In this document: positions 1-12,113 of the stretch, piece by piece
Numbering within the stretch: the first letter of the stretch is position 1
How the letters are laid out: the number at the start of each line of letters is the position of its first letter
Assembly (NCBI GenBank): GCA_054600435.1
Contig: BAAIJX010000008.1
Location: 682,001-715,046, forward strand
Length of the DNA stretch: 33,046 nt
Direction of reading: 5' to 3'
DNA from: Neophaeotheca triangularis
Lineage: Eukaryota
Position numbers and translations under genes: made by a program
Notes under the pieces: model-generated
Told to the model about the DNA's origin: nothing
Database searches by the model: none
What the model saw: the letters and a program-made list of their open reading frames with translations, nothing else

Positions 1-639
1 GCATGGGATCGAATCATTCCTCGATCGCCTTCCTGCTCTCCTTTACACGAGAAGCGTCCCTGGCTGAAGATAGATTAAAACAAGGCGAGACATGAGTAGC
101 ACTGTTTCTCGGTATGCTCGTAGAGGCTCCTTTCTATATTGTCGGAAGCGGTAGTAATGGGCACATGTTGGGGTTTGCAAGCTTCATTTTATCAATTTTT
201 CGAGCTTTTCGCCTTCGACTCTCTTCCATCTTCACCTCACTCACTGTCAGTCGTTGCCATCAGGTGCCTCTCGCGCGAGGTGCATCTCAGTCACTCGACG
301 TGAGGTCCCGAGGTCGGCGGTCGGCCTTTGATGACTCGACAGACACCGAGACTGCCCCGCCCCCGCCCTGTCCTGTCTGACACCTTCAGAACAGCTCTTT
401 CACGTGCCAGTAGGTATGTACGGTACAGGTACCTAGTAGTCTTCACCCAGACCAGAGACTACCCTGGAGCCTTGAGGTGTTGTTCCAACCTAACCTCCCA
501 CTTCTACTTGACCCTCCGACCTGTGACTCAACATTCTCTCCACCATCTAACAATCTTCCGAACTTGGCCCAATACCATCAAATTACCTTATCATCCAAAT
601 CTCACAACCACCGCATCACCACCTCCCACCAACCCCACC

Positions 640-1798
640 ATGCAAAACATACTCCACACCGCACTCGACTCCCTCCGCGACCGTTTCGCCCCCCTCAACC
701 ACACCTCCAACTTCCGAACAACGGGCCAACTGACCCCCGAAGAATTTCTCCTAGCCGGCGACTTTCTCGTCTACAAGTTCCCCTCCTGGTCCTGGGCCGA
801 CGCCGCCACGCCTTCGAAACGCGTCGATTACTTCCCCCCGGGGAAACAATATTTGGTAACGCGCGGCGTGCCCTGCCACAAACGCATCAAGAACGATGAC
901 TTTGCGGGCGCCGCGGATGGCGAGGACCAGCTTGTGCGAGATATGTTGGCGGGTGAGGCGGGCGGGGAGGATGAGGGGTGGTTGAAACCCGCTGGCAAGG
1001 GGGACAGGGGCGGTATGAGCAGTAGCGCGGAAATGAGGAGGGATGTTAGGACCGTGGATGAGGCGGGGAATGTTGGGGAGGAGGGCGAGGGGGAAGAGGA
1101 CGAGATACCGGACATGGAGGATGAGGATGATGGGGAGGCTATTATTCGTGATGTTGCGCCGAAGAAGGGGGAGGATGGGTGAGTGATGCTATCGTCCTTG
1201 GAAATTGCTGCTGAGTGAGTGCTTGCTAAATGCTTTCGACAGACTCCGCAGCTATACTCTCTACATCACCTACACACCGTACTACCGCACCCCCCGCCTT
1301 TACCTTTCCGGCTATGACGCAGCGACAAATAAACCCCTCCCACCTCTGAGCATGATGGAAGACATTGTCGGTGACTACAAAGACAAGACGGTCACGCTCG
1401 AAGACTTTCCCTTCAGCAACCCACCGATCAAAACCGCTTCCGTCCACCCTTGCAAACACGCCTCCGTCATGAAAGTCCTCCTCGACCGTGCCGACGCAGC
1501 CCTCAAGATCCGTCTAAACAAAGCCTCCAAGAACGGTGAGAAACCATCAACTCAAGGCTTAGAGGGACTCGTAGACCAAACCTCCAACCTCGACATCAAC
1601 AAAGCCGCCGCCTCTTCGCCTTCAAAGACCGGCAGCGACAATGGCAAAGGCGGCGACGCGGATTGGGAAGTCTTGGACTCGGACTCACAGCAGGAACAGG
1701 AAAGCGCTATCCGCGTCGATCAGTACCTTGTCGTTTTCCTGAAGTTCATGGCTTCGGTGACGCCGGGTATCGAGCATGACTTCACCATGAGCTTGTAA
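640..1798 (+). CDS. ATG3: Autophagy E2-like conjugating enzyme Atg3; exons 640-1178 and 1243-1798 (364 aa)
   Basis: Atg3 motifs [39 protein letters not shown], acidic flexible region, [12 protein letters not shown], catalytic SVHPCKHA and C-terminal [27 protein letters not shown]. Intron 1179-1242 (GTGAGT..GCTAAAT..CAG, phase 2) joins the two ORF-track pieces in frame. Confidence 0.95.
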
Positions 1799-2604
1799 CC
1801 ACGCTCGGGCAAGAAGCTTTTGGGCCTGTCGCAGTGGGTTGACTTGATATCCGGGGTGGATTATCCTCGCGAAGTGGGCTGGATGGAGATTAGGAGGCTT
1901 TGGCAGGAGCCGTCATGACTGTTGGTATCGATTCCATAGGTATTTCTGGGTTGTTATGTGGGTTATGATGGGTATGGCGGTATGAATTATGAAAATGTGA
2001 TAGGTGGGCCATGGGAATGCATTGCCGGCGTTCTCCTAGGCGTTTTGGGCTGCTGTTTCATCGAGATACCATAGCCTTCAGCGGATAGTGAGCTGCCGAT
2101 TGAATGGAAGGGCTTTGATTCACGTTAGTCGCGCTATATCACGGTACCGAGTCGGAGCATACACGCCCGACTCGGCATTATTATCCTCCTGGCCTCGTAA
2201 CGAGGTAATGTCCACCTTTTTTGACCGCTTTTTACCCAATTCTACCTAGGTAGGCGTGGCAGGCCTTCTTATAGTCTTTCTAGCCCAACGTCAGAAGCTT
2301 CTCCCGCTAGTATTGTCGCCGGGTCAGGGGGACTGAAGATCACCCGCATCGGACCGCAAAGCCGCGCGCAACCTTGACGAGTTAAAGTTCCACGTCACTC
2401 GCCGGAGCGGACTTTCACCGAGGGTCTCGTCAGGCAGTTCAGGGTCTCTCACCTGCAGCTGCAGCAGTCTCTCTCTCTCCCTTTTGATCGACCGCATACC
2501 TAGATACATCCTCACCACCAATCCCCGCCCTTCCTTCGCCCTGGAGTTCTCCCCGTGCATGCCCAGTCACCTCGGATGCGCTGTCCCTTCCACCGCAACC
2601 AAAC

Positions 2605-3975
2605 ATGTCCGACGCCCAACATTTCGCCTCTTCACCTCCCCCGCCGCAGGAACAGCAGGAGCAACAGCAGAAAGCCCGACCCAAAAGTCCCCCTCTTGCT
2701 TTCGAACCAACTTCCAACGACGCGCTCGCGCCTTTGATCTCGCCTCCTCCGCAAAGCACCACTTTTGCTTCACCTCCGACTTCCGCGATGGGTAGAAATA
2801 GTCCGCCATTGGGTGAGGGCCAGGACTTGCAAGTGATAGTCGATCAGCAATACAATGCCATCACGCGTCTGCACGAGGCTTTCGCTGCTGAGCGACAGTG
2901 TTGGGCATTAGAGAAGGAGAGGTTACACCAGCGGATCGGGGGTTTAGAGAGGTTGCTAAGGCAAAGAGATAATGGTCATAGGTACACAGAGCCACTGCAA
3001 CTACAGAGAGGGAAGCCTGCTAAAACAGATGCTGCTAGCCCGGCCAAATCGCCAGCCGCTTCGCCTACCAATGGTCGCAGCATCGCTTCCCCTCAAGCAC
3101 GTGCCGTCAATGCCGGAGCACCACGTCTTCCTAGCATCGCAGAAGACGAGAATATCCAGCCCTACTCCCTCCCGAACAACCCGGAAGCTCAACCAGCGCC
3201 TCAAACCATCGACCTTCCCTCGATGACCTCTATAACCGAAGAGCCCCCGGCCGCTGAGGGTAGACGCAGCAGCGTTTCTTTCAACACCACCACGGACGGC
3301 ACCAACGGCGACGTTCTCGTAGACGAAGTCCCCATCTCCCCACCGACCAGCGCGCGCGCCCTTTCCCCACCACCAGCGGCCAACACCGAGCTAGCGGGCC
3401 ACACACCGCTCAAAACCTCCCGCCCTCCGACCCCACCACCCGCCAAACACCTCCTCGCCGACGAAACCCTCGATGACACCCCAACCCGCACCAACACCCA
3501 CATCAACACCCTCCTGACCCAACAATCCCTCGAAGGCTCCTCCGACGACCCCGCGCTAACCGGCCCCCTCAACCTCCCCTCCCTCCCCTGCGCCCCGGAC
3601 CAAACAAACTTCACCATGGAAGCCCTCTCCGCCCGCCTCCAATCCATCTCCGCATCCCCCGAAACCCACTTGCCCCACGTCTTCACCTCACCCAGCCCCG
3701 GTCTCGCTCCTCTACCCAAATCCCAAAACTCCTCCAACAACCACAAGACGCTTTCGGACTCCGTCGACCGCCCTAGCCAGGCTATGAGCCCGCTCAGCTT
3801 GACCGGTAGTACCGATGCCATGGCTGCCATGGACGCTGTAGCGGATGGCGAGGACGCACGCTTGGACCTGGACGGTGGCGAAAACGGCGGGATCAGGTTG
3901 AAGAAGAAGGTCAGTACGAATTTTGGAGCGCCTTTTGGGAGTCTAGGGGGGTTTGGGGGAAGGAAGTTTTCTTGA
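2605..3975 (+). CDS. Uncharacterised Pro/Ser-rich disordered protein with short N-terminal coiled coil; probable in-frame intron 2982-3038
   Basis: 456-codon ORF with ATG in AAAC-ATG context. Heptad segment ITRLHEAFAAERQCWALEKERLHQRIGGLERLL; C-terminal motif IRLKKKVSTNFGAPFGSLG. GTACAC..GCTAAAA..TAG 57-nt intron candidate. Confidence 0.8.
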   Translation: MSDAQHFASSPPPPQEQQEQQQKARPKSPPLAFEPTSNDALAPLISPPPQSTTFASPPTSAMGRNSPPLGEGQDLQVIVDQQYNAITRLHEAFAAERQCWALEKERLHQRIGGLERLLRQRDNGHRYTEPLQLQRGKPAKTDAASPAKSPAASPTNGRSIASPQARAVNAGAPRLPSIAEDENIQPYSLPNNPEAQPAPQTIDLPSMTSITEEPPAAEGRRSSVSFNTTTDGTNGDVLVDEVPISPPTSARALSPPPAANTELAGHTPLKTSRPPTPPPAKHLLADETLDDTPTRTNTHINTLLTQQSLEGSSDDPALTGPLNLPSLPCAPDQTNFTMEALSARLQSISASPETHLPHVFTSPSPGLAPLPKSQNSSNNHKTLSDSVDRPSQAMSPLSLTGSTDAMAAMDAVADGEDARLDLDGGENGGIRLKKKVSTNFGAPFGSLGGFGGRKFS

Positions 3976-6217
3976 TAGGTGGTGTCAGGCTTGTGGAGGG
4001 CTGTGTGAGTTGTGTTGTATTGGAATTGAGTGGGTGGTTGTGGGTAGTTTGAAGTTGTGCTGTGTGTGTTGGCACCATGGAATCTTTTCATTTTGTCGCT
4101 AGGGCTAGAGAAGACTGATACCCCCTCTATGCATTTGTTTTTGAATCTGTTATTGGATATTGGTATTTCTGTTCTGGAGTTGGACGTATGCTTTGGGGTG
4201 AGGAAGTTTTCGCTTCTTTCCTTGCGCGCTAGACGGACCTTGAGGATACTATGAGAAGGTGGGAAGGAGAGCCGAACTACTTGAGGTCGGCGGGGATGGT
4301 AAGTGGTTCGGCTGCTGGCCAGGATGCACAAGTCTTAAGGGGGCGCAGTCGCAAACGGAGGAGAGCGCATCAGAACAAAACACACGGCAAGGCAGGCGAC
4401 ACCAACGCGACACTCTCTGGAGATTGGGATATTGGACACTTTTTCCACGACAATCGATGGCAGCACCCAAATGAGCCAATCTGTCGTTTGAGAGGCATCG
4501 AGTCAGGTGGCTCTCGCTGGAAACCCCCGTTACCCGCTTGAAGAGCATTCACCGACGGCATGCTATGTGTATCGACAATAACAAGGCAGCTGATCGCGGG
4601 GTTTGGGGGCAGACGGGCAGAGAAGGGAGACCCATGATCCCACCCGTGTGTTGCCACGTTGGGGTTGCACTTCCCGATGAGGTACACGGGACTGAGATTG
4701 CTGGGATGCAGGCACGGCGCAGGAACGGAAATAGCATGCTGACCGCTGCTGATAGCTTGGGGTTTCAATATCTACTCAGCCGTTGACGACGTTGTGTTCT
4801 GGCTTTTCAAGGCCGCCTCTGATCGCTTTCGCCCCAACAATCGAGCCGTGAAAGCGTGCAGACCTGCGAGAACGTCACTCAAGAACCGCAAGAGGCCTCT
4901 GGCGAACATGTTGCGTGAGCATGTAAGACAGCGGTAAGCAGCTGGCCGGTACGCGTGACTACCACGAGCATCTGCCGTGGCTCTGGGGGTCGAACTCGTG
5001 TGGCTTTATGCTGTACTACCCTTTCTCCGACGCTGTTCAGTGGTCGTGCTCTCGAGCTTTGCTCAAGTTCCCGCCCTGAGCTCGAGTCGGGAGCCTTCAC
5101 TGCCAAATCGGGTTGGAAGAGGAACTAACTACATCATTGCCTCTTGGAAATTCTACGAGAAGTTGCATCGACCCAAAGACGTAGACACGCATTGTACCAG
5201 ATACAAGCGTGTCTCGGACTTGACGAGCACACCTTGAGACTCCAAGACGGGCAGCCGGCAGCACTACACAACACAACACTCAATGGCAAGATCGCCTGCT
5301 ACGACCGTTGCACCCCAGCCATGCCGTGGCTTGCTACTCCTCGTCCCTTGTAAGAACGTGCCGACCGGGTTCTTTCAAGCCTTTCGGCACCGATTTCAAT
5401 TCAGCACCATTTCCAGGGTTGCAGGAGGGGTTGACAACGTTCGTGCTCGGTAGCGACGGGTTCCTGCAGGTCACACGATTTTAATATATATATCGGGATC
5501 TTACTCGCTCCTGGTCTGTAGCGCGAGTTACTTGGATGTATTTCTGAGCACCACGCATCCAAGGTTTTGCACTTACTTCTGGGTCGAAAAATATTGTTGT
5601 TGCCAATGCCTGCCGTCTTCAAAACTGTAAGACATGGTTCATGAAGTGCAGTGGCAACTTACCATACTATTTGACCATTCAACTTTTACACACCTCGAAT
5701 GCGGAACGGTTTCTGTATTAGCCGTCTGATCTTTCTGGAAGGGGTACCACAAGGTATCCAGCCTGCATCGCCATGGCAGAATACGAACTCCAGCACCTGC
5801 AGGAGGTCAACGTCGACCCAGCGTTCATTCTCGTGACTGCATCTCTATCTCCCAGCCGGGTATATCGAGGTCCCCACATACGCAACCATGCTCCGAGTAT
5901 AGCATTCGGGTGCTTCAACGGGCCTATGGACTGCAGAGACTCAGGGCTCCGTCCGACCCAACATCACTACCTCGACACCGCAGCCAATTTTGAACGCTGT
6001 TGAGATCATGTTGTGTCCGACCTGGTCAAATGCGGTGTTAAGTATGCTAGTTGTCACGCCAGGCGGCCAGAAGACGTAGAGCATCTGTTCGGATACAAGA
6101 AGGCTCGCAAGGCCTCTCACCGTACAATGTTTGCACGTCAGCGATCGTTGTCGCCTTCTCCCACACTCGCTTTACAATCGTTCAATTTCCACCGACGTTC
6201 GTTGACTTAGATCCAAC

Positions 6218-9200
6218 ATGACGAAGCTAACGCTTTTGCTCACCGCCCTCTATGTCTCCTCAACGCTAGCCTCACCTTGGAGGGGCTCCCGCTTCTTCAA
6301 GCGTGAGGTCGATGCACCCAAAGGATACGGCGAAGAGCATGGCAGTCATGGCCCACCTGCTGAATCCTACGGTGGCGGCACCGAAGACTCTGGGCATTAT
6401 CCGACTGAGACCATCCCGGGCTACGGCGATCAAACCACGTGCGAGGCTTCCACTGTCTACAAGTACAAGAAAGGCGCTACTACCACTGAGACTGTCTCAT
6501 TGCCTGGCACGACCATTTACCAGACCGCTACTCCCGTGGTGTCAGTCGTTACGTCGGAGGTCATCCGTGATGCATCCACCGTCACGCAAGAAGGTTCCGC
6601 GTCCACTGTCACCCTTGGAGGCGAGACCTCCTACGCTACTCAGACCGTCACCGAGCAGGGTGAAGGCTCCACCATAGTCTCGGTTTCAACCGTGACTGTC
6701 GACGGCGGCCCGGTGACAGCGTGCGCTACCACCGAGGTCAACGAGCAGACCGAGTTCATTACCCGCACAGCACCAGGGTGGAACAACACTCTCACAGCTA
6801 CTCGGTTCGTTACGGTGACGCAACCTGGTGAGTTATTGTCCACGTAGGAGACTTGTTCAAAACTGATTTGGGTATCAGGAAGCACCGTCGTCAGCCACCG
6901 AACCGTCACCCAAGATGTCACGGAAACGGAGGTCTCCACTGCTCCAGGCACCACGGTGACCGAGACTTCTATCGATCAGCAGACTCTGACAGAAACCAGC
7001 GTGGTCTCGCGGCCAGGTGAGTGCGATTTGAGATGAGATCTCGAGTGCACGTATGTTTGCATAGGAACCATGGCGCTAACGACCTGCAGCCTCTACTAGC
7101 ACGGTCTATCAGACCGTCACAGTCAGCGATGTCCTTACCTCGACCGCTGTCATCACTGAGGCACCAAGCACCGTGACGTGAGTTGTAATTCCTTTCCCAA
7201 AGCACATCAAAGGCTCTGTTTTCGTCCAATCATTTCGTAAACGCATTCGTTGCCGTAGCAAAGCCCTTCCCTTCCCATCTGAAGTCACCCATGAATCCTG
7301 AGCTGACGCGATGTTAGGGAGACCATCAGAACTACGATTGGTCCGAGCACGGAAACAGAGACAGAGACTATTCCCGCCTCGGTCATTACTAGACACACCA
7401 CTGTCACGGTCCCAATTACTACGACGACAACGGTAAACCTCTGACCGTTGATCTCGCTTAGGGATGATCACAGCTAACTCATTTCCAGATTACCTCTGCC
7501 CCGGAGACTATCACTTCCACCGAGCAACTACCCGGGACCACCGAAATTGAAACCAGGACTCTTCCAGCTTCCACGGAAACACGTTTTGAAACAGTAACAA
7601 ATGACTTGACTAGCTTCACGACGGTAGGTCGAATTCTTGCACCGCAATCATTATTACAGCCAGACGTGCTGACTTTTGTTCAAGGTCACGGAGGCACCTA
7701 GCACCATCTTCTCGACAGTAACTCAGCCCGCTGGTCCTCCTCGCACCGTTGTCGAGACAACTACTCTACCAGCATCCGTGCGGACTGAGTTTGCTACGGT
7801 AAGTGGCGCTAGTAATACTTGCAAGACGATCTGCAGCTAATGCCGTTATCAGGTCACTACAGAAATTACAGAGGTCGTGACCAGCACATTGGCGCCGTCT
7901 ACTCATACCCAGACCCAGACTCTACCCGCGAGCACCATCGAAGTCGAAGAGACAATCACGCTTCCTGGAGCCGTCACGACACACTTTGTCACTCGTACAG
8001 CGGCCCCTGAGACGGTGGAAGTCACTGAATTTGAGACCATCTCCCATGCGATCACGCAAGTATTGGTGCGTTTCTACCTAATACGGTGCTGTTCAAAAAG
8101 TCAAGAGCTAACGACGAATTGAAAGACCCTTACAGAAGCCCCAGAGACCATCGTACAAACAGTTCCAGCCACCGCCGTGTGTTCAGATGTCACCGTAGTT
8201 GAGACTGCGACCATCACCTCTTTCCGACAATCGGAGTGCCCTTCAGACGTATCTGTCAATCCCGTTACACCGCCCCCAATTGAGACCGTAACCTTTACAG
8301 CTCCTGGAGAGACATGTCCGCCGGCCGCAACTCCACCTGCAATCTACACGGTATACATAACTTCCATTGCATCTGGAGAGACATGTCCGCCGCAAGCAAC
8401 TGTAACGGAGTCCGTTCCCGCTATCGAGACTTGCCCACCCGCTGAGACGGCGCCTCCTGCATCAGTCTCCACGGTCTATGTCACTTCTGTTCAAGAGACC
8501 TCATGTCCGCCTATTGCCACCGTTACCCAGCCTGGGCCGCCTGCGGAGTCATGCCCACCACCTCAAACTCCAGGTATTCCCGCAGAACCCTCAACCGTTA
8601 CAGTGACAACTGTCGAGCTTTCGCAATGCCCAAGCCAGCCAGCAACTGACGTTGTTCCCCCGATGGCTACCACCGTCTTCGTGACTTCCGACTGCCCGGC
8701 CCAGACTTTCACCGCTCCCACGCCGCCAGCGTCTGTATCAACGGTTACAGAGACCGCCCTCGAGACGGTGACCTCTGTCCGCGATGAAGAATGTCCCGCT
8801 ACACCGCCCGCGGGCCCACTTCCTCCACCGTCTACATTTACGATCACTGAAACCTCCCGCGAGACGGTCACCTCCGTTCAAAGCGACGACTGTCCCGCCA
8901 CGTCACCTGCCGGCCCGATTCCCCCAGCATCTACGATCTACTTGACCTCCACAGCCGCCGGCATGAACGGCACCGTCACGTACACCCAAACGCTCACCCA
9001 GCCCGGCGAAATCACAACCGAGACCGCACCAGCTAGCCCCACAACCGTCTTTGCGACCTCGTACACGACCAAGTATGCAACCAAGTACGAGTCCCAGAGC
9101 TGCGAAGCCGTGACAACCACAATCAACACTTGCGACACCCCAGCCGGACCGATACCATACCAGCCAAGCCCGACCACAACCTGCACCACCGACTCAACGG

Positions 9201-9466
9201 TAGGCGGACCCGCCGGCAAAACGAGCACGCCAGTCGCACCTCCCACTAGCGAAGAGACACCCGAGAAGCCCGAGCCCTCGACACTCGCGGCTCCAGCCAC
9301 GAGCACGGAAGACGTCCCAGAGAGCTACGAAACTCTTGAAAACCAACCCCCAGCCTATGCAACAAGCACGCAAGCAGCGCCGCCCGCGTACGAGACTGCA
9401 CCGGTTGCTTCCGCCACTGGAGAGCCAGCTGGTTACGATGATGAAGAGAAAAAGACAGGTAAGTGA
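6218..9466 (+). CDS. Secreted Thr/Pro/Val-rich mucin/adhesin-like protein with Cys-Pro repeats; exons 6218-6827, 6879-7016, 7090-7177, 7318-7432, 7489-7623, 7685-7798, 7853-8065, 8126-9466 (~917 aa; 3' end uncertain)
   Basis: Signal peptide MTKLTLLLTALYVSSTLA followed by a dibasic FFKR. Seven GT..AG introns give one continuous Thr-rich frame (2754 nt, divisible by 3); most have a clear CTAAC/CTGAC/CTAAT/CTGAT branch site. Confidence 0.82.
8300..8930 (+). repeat. Degenerate coding repeats (T-V-x-V-T...[ED]x-C-P-P/A-x-T-P-P) in the secreted protein
   Basis: Exact 20-mer CTGGAGAGACATGTCCGCCG at 8304 and 8373; near-duplicates ETVTSVRDEECPATPPAGP and ETVTSVQSDDCPATSPAGP; about nine CP units. Confidence 0.75.
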
Positions 9467-10058
9467 GAAAGAAAGAAAAGCGACGTTCCCTTGATGAGTT
9501 ACGAAAATTACGGTGATGGGATGAATTGAGCGAGCATAGATATTGCGACAACTGTGATGACTGAGAGGATGATAAAGTCTACCTTTTTTTTTTCTAATAC
9601 TTCTATGGGGGAGAGGGAGCGCTCGGGTCGAGCAGCTTGCCGGTTTTGGGTGGGGCTTGGATGGGTGGGTAGTTAGTATGGATATTGGAATGGTTGGTGT
9701 TGTCATCTATGTCTACCGCTTGTTCTTTGTTAACGCTCGCTGGGAATGCTCGCTTGTAGTTGCGGTGTTCCCGTGGTAGGCAGAAGATACCGTTATGACA
9801 GGGCAACGTGATTGTCCTTTTCACCTTCGGCTACAACTGAAGGGATCAGTCTGTGATCCATCTTTACCATCGCGCTTCTGGAATACAACTTGTATAGAAC
9901 ACTTGCCAGCTCCGTTCGAACACCACCATGGCGCCAGCGTCAGCACCGACCCTTAGTATCATAGGAATATGACTTATCTCTCATAGGTAGCCCACAATGC
10001 CTCTCCAAACTAAGTCCTTCTCAATGCCCCTCTTCTACCATCAGCGCGTCCTACCTCC

Positions 10059-10617
10059 TTACGACCCATCCCCCCAAACACCCACAACCCCCATAACAAA
10101 TCCAACCCCACTAACCGCACACCTAGCAAACTCCCCCAACTGCAAGCCCCTCGCATACCTCTCCACCTCCTCACCATTAACCTCTCCCAAACCCCTCCCC
10201 TCGACCTCAAAAACCCTCCCCTCCTGTTTAAAAGTACTCTGGAAAATGCCCATAACTCCCGAACCCGCAGCCACAGCGCTCGTCCAGAGGAGATAGGGGT
10301 GCCGGGCTCGCGCGGGCGAGAGGTAGAAAGCCAGGGCCAAGGAAGTAGTGGCGAGGGTGCTGAGGGTGCGGATGTGGAGGTTGGCTAGGCGGGTGGTGAC
10401 TGCGAGGGTGTGGGCGGCGGGTTTGGCCGAGGGTAGCGTGAGGAGCGAGGGCAGAGAGAGCGTTGAGAGGGTGTAGGAGACGCCCTGGGTGGGAAGGGGT
10501 GGGGTTAGGTTTTTGGGGAGGTGTGTAGCGGGGTTGGGGGTTTGGGGGACATACGGTTAAGAGGCCTAGGCTTACTGTGCCTATGAACTTGCAGAGGGCG
10601 ACTGCTGATGGTGCCAT
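10059..10617 (-). CDS. ATG33: Atg33-like mitochondrial outer-membrane mitophagy protein; exons 10617-10555 and 10484-10059 (162 aa)
   Basis: MAPSAVALCKFIGTVSLGLLT|GVSYTLSTLSLP...SPARARHPYLLW...VNGEEV...MGVVGVWGDG resembles the filamentous-fungal Atg33 family as I recall it. 70-nt intron GTATGT..CCTAAC..CAG, phase 0. Confidence 0.8.
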
Positions 10618-10811
10618 GGTTGGCGGTCGTGTTTGGTCGATCGTCCTGATTGTGGGGATAAGGGCGAGGACGAGAGAGGCGTGCTTGAAGGATGATGAGA
10701 GAGGAGGCAAGAAACGCCAGGACGGAGGACTTGATTGACCTCATGGCCCATTGGCCGTCCGGTGACCCTTGCGCCGCCCCCCGCCCCTCCGCATTTCCCC
10801 CGCGACTTGAC

Positions 10812-11020
10812 GATAAGCTGATAAGGGCTCGGAAGTCTATCCTATCTCGGCAATGACGATGAGGTCAGACACTTGACCTGGCTCTCAGTACCCGGACACC
10901 TCGAAGAGTCTGTCTCGTAATTCACCATCACAGTGCACCGTCGCTACTAGTTACGAGGTAGGAGGTAGGAGAGAGGTTTCCGTTACCTGGCCTTCGGTAG
11001 AAACAGCCGCAAGACCTCGG
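10812..11020. promoter_or_regulatory. Divergent ATG33/SPS19 promoter with tandem GATAAG and a CCTCGG (FarA/FarB-type) element
   Basis: GATAAGctGATAAG at 10812-10825; CCTCGG at 11015-11020, ~150 nt upstream of the SPS19 ATG. Confidence 0.4.
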
Positions 11021-11168
11021 CTGGCCGCTTAACAACCTCACCCCTTAAGAAACACTCGAAGAAACTGATATACAGCAGCGATCCTCGAAACCTCCAGCAC
11101 CCATCACAACCCCCGAGCAATCCTCTAGGAGACCCTCCAAGCCAACCCCCGACACCATCTCCGCCAGC

Positions 11169-12113
11169 ATGCCCGTCCCCCGCGCCGACTACCTTTCCCC
11201 AACCTGGGCCGAGAACCTCTTCTCCAACAAAGTCCTCTTCTGCACCGGCGGCGCCGGCACAATCTGCTCAGCCCAAACCCGCGCCTTCGTAGCCCTAGGC
11301 GGCAACGCCATGATCATCGGCCGGAACCCGGACAAAACCACCCGCATGGCCGAAGACATCGCAACCGCCCGCCCAAACTCCCGCGTAATCGGCCTCGGTA
11401 ACATCGACGTGCGCGACGCTGCCGCTCTGGCCAAAGCCGCCTCCCACTGCGCCCAAGAACTCGGCGGTATCGACTTCGTCATCGCGGGCGCCGCGGGCAA
11501 TTTCCTCGCGCCCATGTCCCAGCTCAGCGCCAACGCCTTCAAGTCCGTCATGGACATCGATGTCCTCGGCAGCTACAACACCGCCAAAGCCACTTTGTCT
11601 TACTTGCAAGCTTCGGCGAAAAAGCACCCAAACACCTCCTCCCCGGCCGGCACTCTGGGTACGGGAGGCAGAATACTCTTCATAAGTGCCACCTTCCATT
11701 ATCGCGGCCAGCCGCTACAAGCGCACGTTTCCGCCGCCAAGTCGGCCGTCGACCAGATCTCCCATTCGGTAGCAATGGAGTACGGCCCGTACGGTATCAC
11801 TTCCAACGTCATCTCTCCCGGTCCGATCGAGAATACCGAGGGCATGGAGCGCTTGAGCAAGTCGGACCCGGAGAGCGTGAATGCGAATAAGAAAGCTATA
11901 CCGTTGGGGAGGTGGGGCAGTGTTAGGGAAATTGCGGATGCCATGGTTTATTTGTTCTGTGGGGCGGGCAGTTATGTTAATGGACATGTGCTTGTTGTGG
12001 ACGGTGGTGCGTGGAGGACGAGTGGGAATGGCATGGGCAGTTGGGAGTATCCGGATTTTTTGCTTGGGGGTGGGGAGATTGAGGGGGTTAAGGGAGGAAA
12101 AGCGAAGTTGTAG
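11169..12113 (+). CDS. SPS19: Peroxisomal 2,4-dienoyl-CoA reductase (SDR family)
   Basis: TGGAGTIC Rossmann motif, IAGAAGNF, NAFKSVMDIDVLGSYNT, QAHVSAAKSAVD, SNVISPGPI..TEGMERL, IPLGRWG, VNGHVLVVDGGAW; ends in PTS1 tripeptide AKL; intronless. Confidence 0.93.
   Translation: MPVPRADYLSPTWAENLFSNKVLFCTGGAGTICSAQTRAFVALGGNAMIIGRNPDKTTRMAEDIATARPNSRVIGLGNIDVRDAAALAKAASHCAQELGGIDFVIAGAAGNFLAPMSQLSANAFKSVMDIDVLGSYNTAKATLSYLQASAKKHPNTSSPAGTLGTGGRILFISATFHYRGQPLQAHVSAAKSAVDQISHSVAMEYGPYGITSNVISPGPIENTEGMERLSKSDPESVNANKKAIPLGRWGSVREIADAMVYLFCGAGSYVNGHVLVVDGGAWRTSGNGMGSWEYPDFLLGGGEIEGVKGGKAKL

Noticed and set aside
328..639. 104-codon in-frame extension upstream of ATG3
   Set aside because: Composition looks like promoter/5' UTR; Atg3 homology begins at ACC-ATG 640.
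3201..4331. 376-aa minus-strand ORF
   Set aside because: Antisense shadow of the C-rich 2605 gene; no recognisable motif.
4250..6200. Many short overlapping ORFs
   Set aside because: No codon bias, coherent intron chain or recognisable domain; treated as intergenic/promoter.
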